NCBI GenBank assembly: GCA_965248925.1
Contig: CBDFLE010000006.1
Coordinates: 320,001 to 384,000 of the forward strand
DNA: 64,000 nt
Reading direction: 5' to 3'
Origin: Candidatus Multivoradales bacterium
GTDB taxonomy: Bacteria; Acidobacteriota; Thermoanaerobaculia; Multivoradales; J023
How positions within the stretch are numbered: the stretch's first letter is position 1. More model-generated notes on the stretch are below. The model did not search any database. It was not told where the DNA came from and saw only the letters and a program-made list of their open reading frames with translations. The stretch is not shown here.

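Noticed and set aside
18854-63938. Many 60-569 aa ORFs on the + strand and in alternative frames within the megasynthase (e.g. 22544-24253, 30455-32164, 38726-39703)
   Set aside because: Antisense or off-frame shadows of a GC-rich coding strand; no recognisable motifs, and they duplicate along with the NRPS repeat.
1-64000. tRNA, rRNA, prophage or integrase genes
   Set aside because: None recognised by eye; nearly all of the sequence is accounted for by protein-coding genes.

Overview
GC-rich bacterial window; several hypothetical-protein families suggest Acidobacteriota (Thermoanaerobaculia-like), which is an inference. Left 18.8 kb: an AraC-HTH/TPR regulator converging on a short DPxG-ending peptide ORF, two IS elements (one splitting a gene at a duplicated CTAG), a small Cys-containing secreted protein, a beta-lactamase-family serine hydrolase, vapBC, TrmB, DinB, a MerC-domain protein, an S9 peptidase and a DUF5916/CBM9-like protein. 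The right 45 kb is one minus-strand ORF (>15,000 aa, 5' end outside the window) encoding a trans-AT PKS/NRPS hybrid: (KR)-ACP-KS-DH-KR-ACP-[DUF2156-like]-[PLP tryptophanase-like lyase]-9 NRPS modules (5 with E domains)-TE. The main finding is a leinamycin-type DUF-SH-like sulfur-installing didomain at the PKS-to-NRPS junction, predicting a beta-thio/persulfide-acylated peptide (approx. Pro*-D-Ala-D-aromatic-D-Leu-Leu-D-Asp-Leu-D-Asp-Pro). Modules 5-9 contain a near-identical 7,911-bp tandem duplication. Domain boundaries and substrate codes were read by eye and are approximate.
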